Assembly (NCBI GenBank): GCA_902624535.1
Contig: CACNYF010000002.1
Span: 3,128-67,127, forward strand
Reading direction: 5' to 3'
Length of the DNA stretch: 64,000 bases
DNA from: an uncultured Pelagibacteraceae bacterium
GTDB taxonomy: Bacteria; Pseudomonadota; Alphaproteobacteria; Pelagibacterales; Pelagibacteraceae
This document shows, in pieces, positions 47,895 to 58,055 of the stretch (the stretch's first letter is position 1; every line of letters starts with the position of its first letter). Made by a program: the position numbers and the translations under genes. The notes below the pieces were generated by a model that ran no database searches, was not told where the DNA came from, and saw only the letters and a list, made by a program, of their open reading frames with translations.

Positions 47895-48371
47895 ATGAGT
47901 GATTTTGAAACAATTTATGGTGGATGTATTTGTGGGAGTATAAAATATTCAATTAATAGCAAACCGCTTTTTACTCAGGTCTGCCATTGTTTAGACTGTA
48001 AAAAATTAACTGGATCATCTTATGTAATGAATACTAGTATTTTTGATAATTCTTTAGAAATCAGTGGTGAACTTTTAAAAGCCGAATTGACAGCAGGTAG
48101 TGGAAAAAAATGTACTCATTACTTTTGTAAAAAATGTGGTGTCTATATTTATGCAGATTACGAATTTGCGATAGGGAGACTAACTGTAAGAACAAAAACT
48201 CTTTCAAATCCAGAACTTTTTCCACCTCAAGCTCATATATTTGTAAAAGATAAAGATCCTTGGATTAATATAGACAATAAGGATATTTGTCATAATGAAA
48301 TGTATGACCCAAAAACTGCGTGGCCAAAAGAAAGTTTAGATAGATATAAAAAATATCTCGAGACTAATTAA
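47895..48371 (+). CDS. GFA/CENP-V family zinc protein
   Basis: GGCICG, CHCLDC, FCKKCG. Confidence 0.88.
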   Translation: MSDFETIYGGCICGSIKYSINSKPLFTQVCHCLDCKKLTGSSYVMNTSIFDNSLEISGELLKAELTAGSGKKCTHYFCKKCGVYIYADYEFAIGRLTVRTKTLSNPELFPPQAHIFVKDKDPWINIDNKDICHNEMYDPKTAWPKESLDRYKKYLETN

Positions 48372-49944
48372 GGATAAAATCAGCTGCTCTTTCACCTATC
48401 ATTAAAGTTGGTGCATTCAAGTTACCACTTGTAATTTCAGGCATTACTGAAGCATCAGCTACTCTAATATTTTGTAAACCATGAATTTTTAATCTTTCGT
48501 CAACTACAGCCATACTATCTGTACCCATTTTAAGTGTACATGAGGGGTGATATGCCGTTTCTGCTTTAGATCTTATATATTCTGTAATTTGTTCATCATC
48601 ATTGGAATTTTCACCTGGACCGATTTCCCTACCTGCAAAAGGTTTCATGGATTCTTGTGATAAAATTTTTCTTGCTACTCTTACACATTTTATTGTTTCC
48701 TTAAGATCATATTCGTCCTTTAAATAATTAAATTGAATTTTGGGATAATCATATGGGTTTGAGCTGTTTAATTTAATATATCCTCTACTCTTAGGCTGAT
48801 TTAAACTTGCATGTAATTGATATCCATGTCTGTCTGGATCAACTAAGCCATGATCAATAACAAAAGCAGGAAAAAAATGAAATTGTATGTTTGGGTAAGG
48901 TTTGTCATCGGATGACTTACAAAAACCTCCTGCCTCTAAAAAAGAAGTTGAACATGGCCCACTCTTAGAAAGAAACCATTGAATTCCAATTTTTAACATA
49001 TTTATTTTATTTACATATGAATATAGAGTATCTTTTGTTTTACACTCTTGTTGAATGTAAGTTTCTAAATGATCTTGTAAATTTTTACCAACACCCTCTA
49101 AAGCATGTATAACATTGATACCATTATCTTTAAGGTTTTCTTGAGGTCCAACACCAGAAACCATCAATAACTGAGGGGAATTGATTGCTCCACCACTTAA
49201 AACTATTTCTTTATTAGCAAAGAATTTCGATATTTTATTCTTAATATTTACTTCTATTCCAATTGCTTTCTTTCCATCAAAAATTATTTTTTCAACAAAT
49301 GCATCTGTAAATACTTTTAAATTCTTTCTTTTTTTTGCTGGTTCTAAATAATATTTAGAAGCACTCGCTCTTTGACCTTTATGAATAGTTATATCATACA
49401 TGCCAAATCCCTCTTGATCTATGCCATTCATATCTTCATTGTGTTTGTAACCAGCTTCAACTGAGGCATTAATAAATGCTTTGAACAAAGGATTTTTATT
49501 TTTAGACTGATTAACAGGCAAAATTCCTTTACCACCTCTAAATTCATTTTCACCTTCTGACCATGTTTCTATTTTTTTAAAATAAGGTAAAACTTTTTCG
49601 TAAGACCAATTGTCCAAACCATTTGAAGCCCATCTTTCATAGTCATTTTTGTTACCTCTAACATAAACCATTCCATTATGTGCCGAGCAACCACCTATCA
49701 TCTTGCCTCTAGGGCAAAACAATCTTCGATTATTCAGTTGAGGTTCAGGTTCTGAATAATATTTATAATTATATTTAGGATCATGCATTGCGTATAATAT
49801 CGCCAGAGGCATATTCACTTTCCATATATTGCTATCTTTACCAGCTTCAAATATAGCAACATTAAACTTACCATTCTCAGATAGTCTATTTGCAAGAACA
49901 CAGCCAGCTGTTCCAGCACCAATAATAATATAATCAAATTTCAT
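48364..49944 (-). CDS. betA: Choline dehydrogenase (GMC oxidoreductase)
   Basis: GAGTAGCVLANRLSE, PRGK, GKNLQDHLE, PNIQFHF, TAYHPSCT, GNLNAPTLMI. Confidence 0.85.
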   Translation of the reverse strand: MKFDYIIIGAGTAGCVLANRLSENGKFNVAIFEAGKDSNIWKVNMPLAILYAMHDPKYNYKYYSEPEPQLNNRRLFCPRGKMIGGCSAHNGMVYVRGNKNDYERWASNGLDNWSYEKVLPYFKKIETWSEGENEFRGGKGILPVNQSKNKNPLFKAFINASVEAGYKHNEDMNGIDQEGFGMYDITIHKGQRASASKYYLEPAKKRKNLKVFTDAFVEKIIFDGKKAIGIEVNIKNKISKFFANKEIVLSGGAINSPQLLMVSGVGPQENLKDNGINVIHALEGVGKNLQDHLETYIQQECKTKDTLYSYVNKINMLKIGIQWFLSKSGPCSTSFLEAGGFCKSSDDKPYPNIQFHFFPAFVIDHGLVDPDRHGYQLHASLNQPKSRGYIKLNSSNPYDYPKIQFNYLKDEYDLKETIKCVRVARKILSQESMKPFAGREIGPGENSNDDEQITEYIRSKAETAYHPSCTLKMGTDSMAVVDERLKIHGLQNIRVADASVMPEITSGNLNAPTLMIGERAADFILN

Positions 49945-50477
49945 ATTAATTTTGAAAGTATTAATTCTTTATAATCATTAATACTTTTCATTTTGATACC
50001 AACTTTTTTTGAAGCCTCATCAAATTTTCTCAACAAAATTGAGTTTTTAAAATATATTTTATTTTCAAAATCTTTACTCTCTTTATCAGTTAAAACTCCA
50101 CCTTGTAGGTTAAGACTAATCTTAGACGCTTCAGATAATTTATTATAATAATTTTTTTCTCTTGCCAAATATCTTTTAGCCAATACATGATATTTTATTG
50201 GATCAACAATTTCCTTTTTAAAATATTTTTTTAAAAATTTATAAGCGACTAACTCATGTTCACCATCTTCATCATTACTTACAAGTTCATCAGGATCATC
50301 TACAATAAAATGCCCGTAATCATGTAAAAGACACGAACATATTAAATTATCACTACATTTAGCTTTTTCTGCAAGCATAGCCGATTGGATCATATGATCT
50401 GCAATTGTTAAGTCTTCCCCAATATATAATGATTTATTATTTTTGAAGTTGAAAACTATTTCGTCAACTATTTGCAT
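49941..50477 (-). CDS. HD-domain diiron oxygenase, PhnZ/TmpB family
   Basis: YIGE...HMIQSA, LLHDYGH, GEHE, HVLAKRYL, LSEASKISLNLQGG, LRKFDEASK. Confidence 0.85.
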   Translation of the reverse strand: MQIVDEIVFNFKNNKSLYIGEDLTIADHMIQSAMLAEKAKCSDNLICSCLLHDYGHFIVDDPDELVSNDEDGEHELVAYKFLKKYFKKEIVDPIKYHVLAKRYLAREKNYYNKLSEASKISLNLQGGVLTDKESKDFENKIYFKNSILLRKFDEASKKVGIKMKSINDYKELILSKLI

Positions 50478-50479
50478 TA

Positions 50480-51307
50480 TTATACGGGTCTATCTCCTTG
50501 GATTGCTATTCTATCCATTATTCTTTCGTGGCCCAAACCTCTTCCAGGAAAAAAATCAGTAAGACCTTGATGAAGAGTGCATCGATTATCCCAAATTGCT
50601 ACTGCATTTTCAGTCCATTTAAATCTACAAGTGAAGTCTAATCTTTCCTGATGAAGAAATAGTTTATTTAAAATTTCGTCACTTTCCTCATCACTAATGT
50701 CTAATATTTTTTTTGTATACATTGAATTAACAAATAAAATTTTGTTTCCTGTTTCTGGATGAGCTCTAACAATTGGGTGAACATTTGAATATTCATCTAT
50801 ATTTCCATTACCATGCATTTCCTCATATTTATCTACAAAAGCGGCTGCTCCGAGTGAGCTATGAATAGCTTTTTTTCCCTCTAATCTTTTTTTCATATTT
50901 TGATCTAAAGTCTCATAAGCAAGTTCCATATTTGAAAACATTGTATCACCACCAACAGGAGGTATTTTTCTTGATCTTAGTATAATGACCTTTGTTGGTT
51001 TTGGATTATAACTTACATCTGTGTGCCATGTCTCACCCCACTGGTGTTTTTCATTTGCACCTTTTTTTATTCTAATTATTTCAGGGTACTCAGGTAAACC
51101 TTTAACATATGCATGCATTTCAAGCGGTCCAAATTTTTTAGCTAAATCTATTTGCTCTTGAGAGGATATTTCTTGTTCTCTAAAAAAAAGAACTTTATGT
51201 TCTAACATTAATTGATTTATTTTATCCCAATTTTCTGAAGTAGAATCCTTTAAATCTATTCCTTTTACTTCAGCTCCTAATGCACCTGAAATTAAATTTA
51301 TTTCCAT
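50480..51307 (-). CDS. TauD/TfdA family Fe/2-oxoglutarate dioxygenase
   Basis: LGAEVKGIDL, WHTDVS, GGDTMF, HPIVRAHPETG, WDNRCTLH, RIMDR. Confidence 0.92.
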   Translation of the reverse strand: MEINLISGALGAEVKGIDLKDSTSENWDKINQLMLEHKVLFFREQEISSQEQIDLAKKFGPLEMHAYVKGLPEYPEIIRIKKGANEKHQWGETWHTDVSYNPKPTKVIILRSRKIPPVGGDTMFSNMELAYETLDQNMKKRLEGKKAIHSSLGAAAFVDKYEEMHGNGNIDEYSNVHPIVRAHPETGNKILFVNSMYTKKILDISDEESDEILNKLFLHQERLDFTCRFKWTENAVAIWDNRCTLHQGLTDFFPGRGLGHERIMDRIAIQGDRPV

Positions 51308-51308
51308 A

Positions 51309-51776
51309 TTATTTTTTTAATTTATCCAAAAACACTAAATTATCATTCTTAAAATTTGCCTTATTTTCATTGATGAATTCGTCCATAATTTTTATTTTAT
51401 CTTCTTCAAATTCCGTAACTTTTCTTTTTTCAAGATCAATATAAAGAGAAAGACTTTCTGTTGTTGCGGCAAGTTTTCTTGTTTTTTTTTCAATCATTTC
51501 ACATTTTAAATGTAACCTTTTTTTATCATGATCAAAGAAAGTACAGTAAATATCTACTTCCTCATTTTCTTTAACTTCATTATTATAAGTTGTTCTTATT
51601 TCAACTACCATTGTACTTCTTTTATTAATTTGTGCTTTAGCTCCACCCATTTCAAATTTATTAAGCATAGTTTCCCAAGCTTCATCAAAAATTAGAACAT
51701 AATAAGCCATGTTCATATGCTCATTATAATCTGTCCAATCTTTTATTATTTTTCTAGTAGCTAAATGAAATGACAT
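51309..51776 (-). CDS. Hot-dog thioesterase, CdhB-like (betainyl-CoA thioesterase)
   Basis: DWTDYNEHMNMAYY, DKKRLH; near cdhC/cdhA-like genes. Confidence 0.75.
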   Translation of the reverse strand: MSFHLATRKIIKDWTDYNEHMNMAYYVLIFDEAWETMLNKFEMGGAKAQINKRSTMVVEIRTTYNNEVKENEEVDIYCTFFDHDKKRLHLKCEMIEKKTRKLAATTESLSLYIDLEKRKVTEFEEDKIKIMDEFINENKANFKNDNLVFLDKLKK

Positions 51777-51780
51777 TTTA

Positions 51781-52641
51781 TCAGTTTTTATTTATTTTGT
51801 TTGCTACTAACAATTTTCTTTGCATCTCTCGTAAAACAGGCCTTTCTATTAATTTGCCATCTATTACTACTAAACCTGTATTTGCTTTTTTAAATTGATC
51901 CATAATTCTTTTAGCTTTACTTATTTCCTCTTCAGATGGAGTAAAAATTTCATTTAAAATATTTATTTGTTTTGGGTGAATGGATCCTTTTCCAGTGAAA
52001 CCTAAATTTTTAACAAACTGGGCTTCTTTTTTCATCCCTTCCATATTTTCTAGATTTAAATACGGAACATCAATAACATCTACACCTTTGCTAGCTCCAG
52101 CATGAACTAATCTTGATCTTGCATAAACTAAATTCTCTAGTTTGTTTTCCACCCTTAATTCTGCAGCCATATCTTCTCCTCCAAAATACAGAGCAACTAT
52201 TCTATCACTAGAATGAGCGATATCGTAAATACTTTCAAGAGCTTGATTAGTTTCCATTATAACATGAAGATCAGTATCCAAACCACAATCAGTAAGCATG
52301 TCATCAATAAATGTAATTTCGTCAGGTGTTTTAACTTTTGGTAACATAATAGCTTTAACTTTAAGTTTATTTGAAGCAATAGCCTCTAAGTCTAAAAGCC
52401 CATGTTTAGTTCTTTGACAATTTAATCTAACAACTAATTCAACATCATTTTTTACCTCAAGTGACTTTAATGCATCTATGGTATTTTTTCTTGCTTCATC
52501 TTTGTCTTTCATGGCTATTCCATCTTCTAATTCAATACAAACCATATCAGCACCTGAAGCTAAGGCTTTAGGAAACATTTCTGGCTGAAGACCTGGTGTA
52601 AAGATAAAACTACGTCTTACTCTTAGATTATTTAAGTCCAT
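51781..52641 (-). CDS. CitE/HpcH family CoA-ester lyase
   Basis: RRSFIFTPG, ELEDG, MLPKV, GGED, GKGSIHPKQ, IDGKLIE. Confidence 0.88.
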   Translation of the reverse strand: MDLNNLRVRRSFIFTPGLQPEMFPKALASGADMVCIELEDGIAMKDKDEARKNTIDALKSLEVKNDVELVVRLNCQRTKHGLLDLEAIASNKLKVKAIMLPKVKTPDEITFIDDMLTDCGLDTDLHVIMETNQALESIYDIAHSSDRIVALYFGGEDMAAELRVENKLENLVYARSRLVHAGASKGVDVIDVPYLNLENMEGMKKEAQFVKNLGFTGKGSIHPKQINILNEIFTPSEEEISKAKRIMDQFKKANTGLVVIDGKLIERPVLREMQRKLLVANKINKN

Positions 52642-52700
52642 TTAATTTTTATTTCCTATAATTATTGATGATATGATATTATATTTTTCTATAAATAAAA

Positions 52701-53588
52701 ATGAACAATAAAGTCTTCATCTCATGTGCAGTTACAGGATCTGGTGATACAGCAAGTAAACATCCTGATTTACCTAAAACTCCAGAGCAAATTGCAAAAG
52801 CGGCAATAGAGTCTGCTAAAGCTGGTGCAGCAATTGCTCATATTCATGTTAGAGAGGAAGATGGAACTCCAAGCAGAAGACTCGACCTTTATAAAGAAGT
52901 AGTTGATAGGATAAGGTCATCTGAAACTGATGTAATTCTTAATCTTACAACAGGAATGGGTGGTGATTTAGATATAGGCCAAGACAAGAACCCTCTAGAT
53001 TTTGGTCCAATGACAGACATGGCAAATGTAATGGAGAGAATTGCCAATGCCGAACAATTCCTTCCAGAAATATGCACACTTGATTGTGGCACATTAAATT
53101 TTGGAGACAGTTCTGTTATCACAGTTAATACACCTAACGATTTAAGAAAAGCTGCAAAAAAACTTCAAGAAATAAAAGTTAAACCTGAGATAGAAGCTTT
53201 TGATTTAGGAAATATGTGGTTTGGTGCTCAATTATACAAAGAAGGTTTATTAGATGACCCTCCACTATTTCAAATGTGTTTAGGAATTCCATGGGGAGCT
53301 CCAGCCACACCTCTTGCTATGCAAGCGATGAAAGAGATAATGCCAAAAGAGGGAGTATGGTCTGGTTTCGCTATCTCAAAAAACGAAATGCCGTATGTTG
53401 CTCAGACAGTCGTAATGGGTGGAAATCCAAGAGTAGGACTTGAGGATAACCTATACTTATCAAAAGGAAAGTTAGCTACAAATGCTCAATTGGTAGAGAA
53501 AGCAAGAAGAATTGTTACAGATCTTGGAGCATCAATAATGACACCTGATGAAGTAAGGGAAAAATTAAAGCTTGTAAAACACAAGTAA
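52701..53588 (+). CDS. cdhC: Beta-keto acid cleavage enzyme (BKACE/DUF849), CdhC-like 3-dehydrocarnitine cleavage
   Basis: CAVTGSG, AHIHVR, NLTTGMGGD, PEICTLDCGTLNF, RVGLEDN. Confidence 0.8.
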   Translation: MNNKVFISCAVTGSGDTASKHPDLPKTPEQIAKAAIESAKAGAAIAHIHVREEDGTPSRRLDLYKEVVDRIRSSETDVILNLTTGMGGDLDIGQDKNPLDFGPMTDMANVMERIANAEQFLPEICTLDCGTLNFGDSSVITVNTPNDLRKAAKKLQEIKVKPEIEAFDLGNMWFGAQLYKEGLLDDPPLFQMCLGIPWGAPATPLAMQAMKEIMPKEGVWSGFAISKNEMPYVAQTVVMGGNPRVGLEDNLYLSKGKLATNAQLVEKARRIVTDLGASIMTPDEVREKLKLVKHK

Positions 53589-54529
53589 TGCCAAAGATTA
53601 AAACCATAGGTATCGTTGGTACAGGCGTAATAGGAACTGGTTGGATAATTAGAAATCTGGCTCATAATAAAATTGTTCATGCGTACGATCAAAATAAAAA
53701 TCTTAAAAAATATGTTTTAAAAGAAATAGGTAGGACTTCTAAAAATATAAAAAAGTTATTTAAAAAAAAACTTCTAATTAAAAACTTAAAATTTTTTAAT
53801 TCACTAGAGGAAGCCTTGTATCATGTAGATTTTGTTCAAGAAAATGTTTTAGAAAATTACAAAGTCAAAACAGATTTAATTCAAAAAATATCAAAATATG
53901 TAAGATCAGATGTTATTATTTCTTCAAGTTCATCGGGACTTTTACCTTCCAAAATATTTTCTAAATGCAAGAATCCAGAAAGAGGAATAATCGGTCACCC
54001 ATTTAACCCACTGTATTTACTTCCAGCAGTTGAAATAGTACCTGGAAGGAGAACAAAAAAACAATCACTCATAAAAGCCAATAATTATTATAAATCGATA
54101 TCTATGAAACCGATTATGCTGAAAAAAGAGTTACCAGGTTACTTATCAGATAGACTTCAAGAAGCGTTATGGAGAGAGGGCTTGCACATTATTAATGAAA
54201 ATTATGCAACAACTGAGGAATTAGATAGGGCTATAGAGGATGGTCCTGGTCTAAGATATTCCTTAATGGGTACTTTTTTAACATTTCATTTAGCTGGTGG
54301 TAATGCAGGAATGAAACATATGTTAAGACAATTTGGTCCAGCATTAAAATTGCCTTGGACAAAATTAAAAGCTCCAAAACTTACAAAAAGATTATCTGAA
54401 AGACTTATTGCTGGTACTAAAAAACAAGCCAAAGGTAAATCAATTAATAAACTTTCAAATATAAGAGATGAATATTTAGTTGATCTATTAAAAATTAGAA
54501 AAAAATATGAAAGCAAAATTCGAAATTAA
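53588..54529 (+). CDS. cdhA: L-carnitine 3-dehydrogenase-like (3-hydroxyacyl-CoA dehydrogenase family)
   Basis: GTGVIGTGW, GHPFNPLYLLP, DRLQEALWRE, AGGNAGMKHMLRQFGPALKLPWTKL. Confidence 0.85.
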   Translation: MPKIKTIGIVGTGVIGTGWIIRNLAHNKIVHAYDQNKNLKKYVLKEIGRTSKNIKKLFKKKLLIKNLKFFNSLEEALYHVDFVQENVLENYKVKTDLIQKISKYVRSDVIISSSSSGLLPSKIFSKCKNPERGIIGHPFNPLYLLPAVEIVPGRRTKKQSLIKANNYYKSISMKPIMLKKELPGYLSDRLQEALWREGLHIINENYATTEELDRAIEDGPGLRYSLMGTFLTFHLAGGNAGMKHMLRQFGPALKLPWTKLKAPKLTKRLSERLIAGTKKQAKGKSINKLSNIRDEYLVDLLKIRKKYESKIRN

Positions 54530-54939
54530 TGGGTGAAAAAATTTTCATAGAAAAAACTGGTGGATGTATATGTGGAGATATCAAATTTAAAGTCAAACTT
54601 GATGAAATTCCATTAGTTTTTAATTGCCATTGTATTGATTGTCGAAAAAAAATTGGTGGTATGATGACTATAATTTTATTAAGAGATAAAGCTATAGAGA
54701 TTGATAAATCGAAACTGAAGATCTATGAACACCCAGGAGGGAGTGGAAATAAAATAAAAAAACATTTTTGTGGAAATTGTGCGGCTCCAATTTTAACTTA
54801 TGTGGAAAAATATAAAAAATATTATCTATATGCTGGTTTGCTAGATGATATTAGTTTCTTAAAAAAAGCTGAAAATATCCATTTCAAAGATTCTCATTTT
54901 CCGTTTATGGAGATAAGTGACAACAATACCAAAGTATAG
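54529..54939 (+). CDS. GFA/CENP-V family zinc protein
   Basis: GGCICG, CHCIDCRK, FCGNC. Confidence 0.85.
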   Translation: MGEKIFIEKTGGCICGDIKFKVKLDEIPLVFNCHCIDCRKKIGGMMTIILLRDKAIEIDKSKLKIYEHPGGSGNKIKKHFCGNCAAPILTYVEKYKKYYLYAGLLDDISFLKKAENIHFKDSHFPFMEISDNNTKV

Positions 54940-54942
54940 ATA

Positions 54943-55728
54943 TTAATGCATTCTTAAGGTATTTCCATCTACCGCAATCACTTGTCCTGATATTCTTGGC
55001 GCATCATCAGAAATTAAAAAACTACATATTTTTCCAATATCTTCTTCGTACACCCAAGTATTCATTGAAGTCATAGATACAAATTCTTTTTCTATTAATT
55101 TTTTTGAAATATTTAAAAATTTCGATTTATCTCTTATCACTCTTCCCATTCTGTCTCCTTTTATTGTTCCAGGACAAATAGCATTTACTCTTATTTTATA
55201 TTTTCCAAGCTCCATAGCTAATGTTTTCGTTATACCTACAACAGCCCACTTGCTAGCACAGTAAGGAGATCTTAATGGAAACCCAAATATTCCAGCCGTT
55301 GAAGACAAATTAATTATAGCACCGCCTTTATTTTTTTTTAACATAGGTATTGCATATTTTGAAAAGTAAAAGTGACTTATAACATTTACTTTTAATGTAT
55401 TTTCCCAGTCTTTACCTTTTAATTTTTCAAGAGTACCGGTTGGTCCGGCTATTCCAACATTGTTAATAAGACCATCTAGCTTTTTAGTTTTTTTTGATAC
55501 TTTAATAAAAAAATTTTTTACCTGATCTTCATCAGAAGCATCACATTCAAATACAAATAATTTTTTATTAATTAGTTTATGTTTTCTACATTTTTTGAGA
55601 AAGATAGGATTAATATCACATATATAAACCGTAGCTCCTTTTTCTAAAAATATTTTTGTAGTACTCCATCCTATTCCGGAACCCCCAGCAGAAATAATAA
55701 TTTTCTTGTTTTTTAAGTCTATTGTCAC
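54943..55728 (-). CDS. Short-chain dehydrogenase/reductase
   Basis: SAGGSGIG, NNVG, YCASK, VNAICPG. Confidence 0.9.
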   Translation of the reverse strand: MTIDLKNKKIIISAGGSGIGWSTTKIFLEKGATVYICDINPIFLKKCRKHKLINKKLFVFECDASDEDQVKNFFIKVSKKTKKLDGLINNVGIAGPTGTLEKLKGKDWENTLKVNVISHFYFSKYAIPMLKKNKGGAIINLSSTAGIFGFPLRSPYCASKWAVVGITKTLAMELGKYKIRVNAICPGTIKGDRMGRVIRDKSKFLNISKKLIEKEFVSMTSMNTWVYEEDIGKICSFLISDDAPRISGQVIAVDGNTLRMH

Positions 55729-55732
55729 AGTA

Positions 55733-56758
55733 TTAAGATTTACTCAAAGAGTGTTGTAGCTCTTTATTTGTAATATACCCTTTAACATTACCTTTTTTAT
55801 CTACTACCTCACAATTGGCATTATTGCATACAACTTGTGGTAAAAATTCTTCTATAAATTGATCTTCTTGTATTTTAATTAAGTTATTTTTTTCTTCATT
55901 AGTTGTTTCATTAATTGATTTCATTATAATTTTAGCTTTTAAAACTTTTGCTCTATTTACATCTTTTACAAATGCCTCAACATAGTCATCAGCAGGGTTC
56001 ATAATAATATCAACAGGAGTTCCAACTTGGACAAGTTTACCGGCATTAAGAATACCAATATGATCTCCTAGTTTTAGAGACTCATCTAAATCATGCGTAA
56101 TAAATACAATTGTCTTTTTTAGTTCTGATTGAAGATCAAGCAATTGTTTTTGCATATCACTTCTTATTAAAGGATCCAAAGCAGAAAAAGCCTCATCCAT
56201 TAACATTATATCAGTATCTGTTGCTAGCGCTCGAGCTAAACCAACTCTTTGCTGCATACCCCCAGATAATTGATTTGGAAATTGATTTTCAAAACCAGTT
56301 AAACCTACCGACTCAATCTTTTCCATAGATACATTATTTCTTTTTTCAAGCTCAATTCCTTGCATCTCAAGACCGTAACCAACATTTTGTAATACTGTTT
56401 TGTGTGGAAATAAACCAAATCTTTGAAAAACCATGCTCATTTTATGTCTTCTAAAATCTATCAGTTCCTCTTTTTTAAGACTCATTACATTGGTGCCCTC
56501 AATTAAAATTTCGCCATCCGTAGGGTCTATCAATCTATTTAAGTGCCTGATAAGAGTAGATTTTCCTGAACCTGATAAGCCCATACAAACAAATGTTTCA
56601 CCCTCATTAATCTTTAGAGTTACATCGTCCAATCCAACTGTGTGTCCTGTTTTTTCTAAAACTTCTTCTTTACTTGAACCATCTTTAACCATTTGCAAAA
56701 CACTTGCTGGTTTTGGTCCAAAGATTTTAAATACATTATTTATTTCAATTTTAGACAT
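55733..56758 (-). CDS. ProV/OpuAA-type quaternary amine ABC ATPase
   Basis: GLSGSGKST, LSGGMQQRVGLARAL, DEAFSALDPLIR. Confidence 0.92.
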   Translation of the reverse strand: MSKIEINNVFKIFGPKPASVLQMVKDGSSKEEVLEKTGHTVGLDDVTLKINEGETFVCMGLSGSGKSTLIRHLNRLIDPTDGEILIEGTNVMSLKKEELIDFRRHKMSMVFQRFGLFPHKTVLQNVGYGLEMQGIELEKRNNVSMEKIESVGLTGFENQFPNQLSGGMQQRVGLARALATDTDIMLMDEAFSALDPLIRSDMQKQLLDLQSELKKTIVFITHDLDESLKLGDHIGILNAGKLVQVGTPVDIIMNPADDYVEAFVKDVNRAKVLKAKIIMKSINETTNEEKNNLIKIQEDQFIEEFLPQVVCNNANCEVVDKKGNVKGYITNKELQHSLSKS

Positions 56759-56876
56759 TTAAAAAAAAGTAATAATTTCTTTTAACAAATTAACTTTCAT
56801 TAATAAATCTCTCAAAAAATATTAAGTCAACTATTAATTGAGATAAAATACAATATAGTTTATATATTCATTAATA

Positions 56877-58001
56877 ATGCACTCTATATCAAAAATTTCT
56901 AAAAACAGTACATACTTGCAAGTAATTTGGAATGATGGGAAAGAGAGTAAGTTTAATTATATGTGGTTGAGAGATAACTGCCCAACTGCCCATGACAAAG
57001 ATTCAAGACATAGAATGTTTAATATTTTAGAGGTTTCAGAGAATATTAATCCAATTAATTATAATGTTAATCAAGATGGAAAACTAAAAATAGAATGGAG
57101 TGAAGGAAATCATACAAGTTACTATGATTTAGAATGGTTGAGAAATAATTGTTATACAATTAAAAATAATGAGAAATATAAGTCACCATATCACCTTTGG
57201 AATAGTGAATTAGAGAAAGACATAAAGAGTATATATATTGATCATGAAGAAATTATTTCATCCGAAGAAGGCCTTATTAAATGGTTAAAACTTCTGCATT
57301 ACAAAGGAATAGCTATTGTTGAGAATTCGCCAACAGATAAAAATTCAGCGTTTCCGGTTTTAAATAGAATAAGTCATACTAGGGAAACTTTTTTTAAAAC
57401 ACCATTTGAGGTAATCAATATACCTAAACCAAATAATTCAGCATATACTGCGCATGCTCTAAGAAATCATATGGATTTACCTTGGTTTGAAAATCCACCA
57501 GGATATCAATTTTTACATTGTCTGATTAATTCTGCTGAAGGTGGAGACTCATCAGCTGTTGATGCTTTTGCTGTTGCTGAATATTTAAAAGAAAATGATA
57601 AAGAAACTTTTGATACACTGGTAAATGTCCCTCTAAAATTTAGAGATAAAGATTACACACAACAGGCCCACAGAGGTTTTCATGCCCCAGCAATAAGCCT
57701 TACAAAAGATGGTGATTATCACGATGTAAGGTTCAGTGTAGCAACTATGGATGCTTTAGATTGTCATCCTGATTTGATGGATAAGGTTTATAAATCACAC
57801 CATAGATTTGGAAATTTACTACACGATGATAAGTTTCAAATTAAATTTAGATTAAGACCTGGTGATATTTACTCTTTTAATAATAGAAGAGTTTTGCATG
57901 GAAGAACAGAATTCAATCCTAACTCTGGCCATAGGCATTTGCAAGGTTACTATATGGATAGAGATGAAATTATAGGTAGATTAAATTATCTTACCAAATA
58001 A
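56877..58001 (+). CDS. Gamma-butyrobetaine hydroxylase-like Fe/2-oxoglutarate dioxygenase
   Basis: WLRDNC N-terminal domain, SAYT...HMDLP, PGYQFLHCL, FNNRRVLHGR, RHLQGYY. Confidence 0.85.
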   Translation: MHSISKISKNSTYLQVIWNDGKESKFNYMWLRDNCPTAHDKDSRHRMFNILEVSENINPINYNVNQDGKLKIEWSEGNHTSYYDLEWLRNNCYTIKNNEKYKSPYHLWNSELEKDIKSIYIDHEEIISSEEGLIKWLKLLHYKGIAIVENSPTDKNSAFPVLNRISHTRETFFKTPFEVINIPKPNNSAYTAHALRNHMDLPWFENPPGYQFLHCLINSAEGGDSSAVDAFAVAEYLKENDKETFDTLVNVPLKFRDKDYTQQAHRGFHAPAISLTKDGDYHDVRFSVATMDALDCHPDLMDKVYKSHHRFGNLLHDDKFQIKFRLRPGDIYSFNNRRVLHGRTEFNPNSGHRHLQGYYMDRDEIIGRLNYLTK

Positions 58002-58030
58002 AAAAAAGGGCTTTGTAAACAAAGCCCTTT
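58000..58030. terminator. Intrinsic terminator between convergent genes
   Basis: A run, then AAAGGGCTTTG-TAAA-CAAAGCCCTTT. Confidence 0.85.
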
Positions 58031-58055
58031 AATTTTTTAATAATTTAAAAGTATA

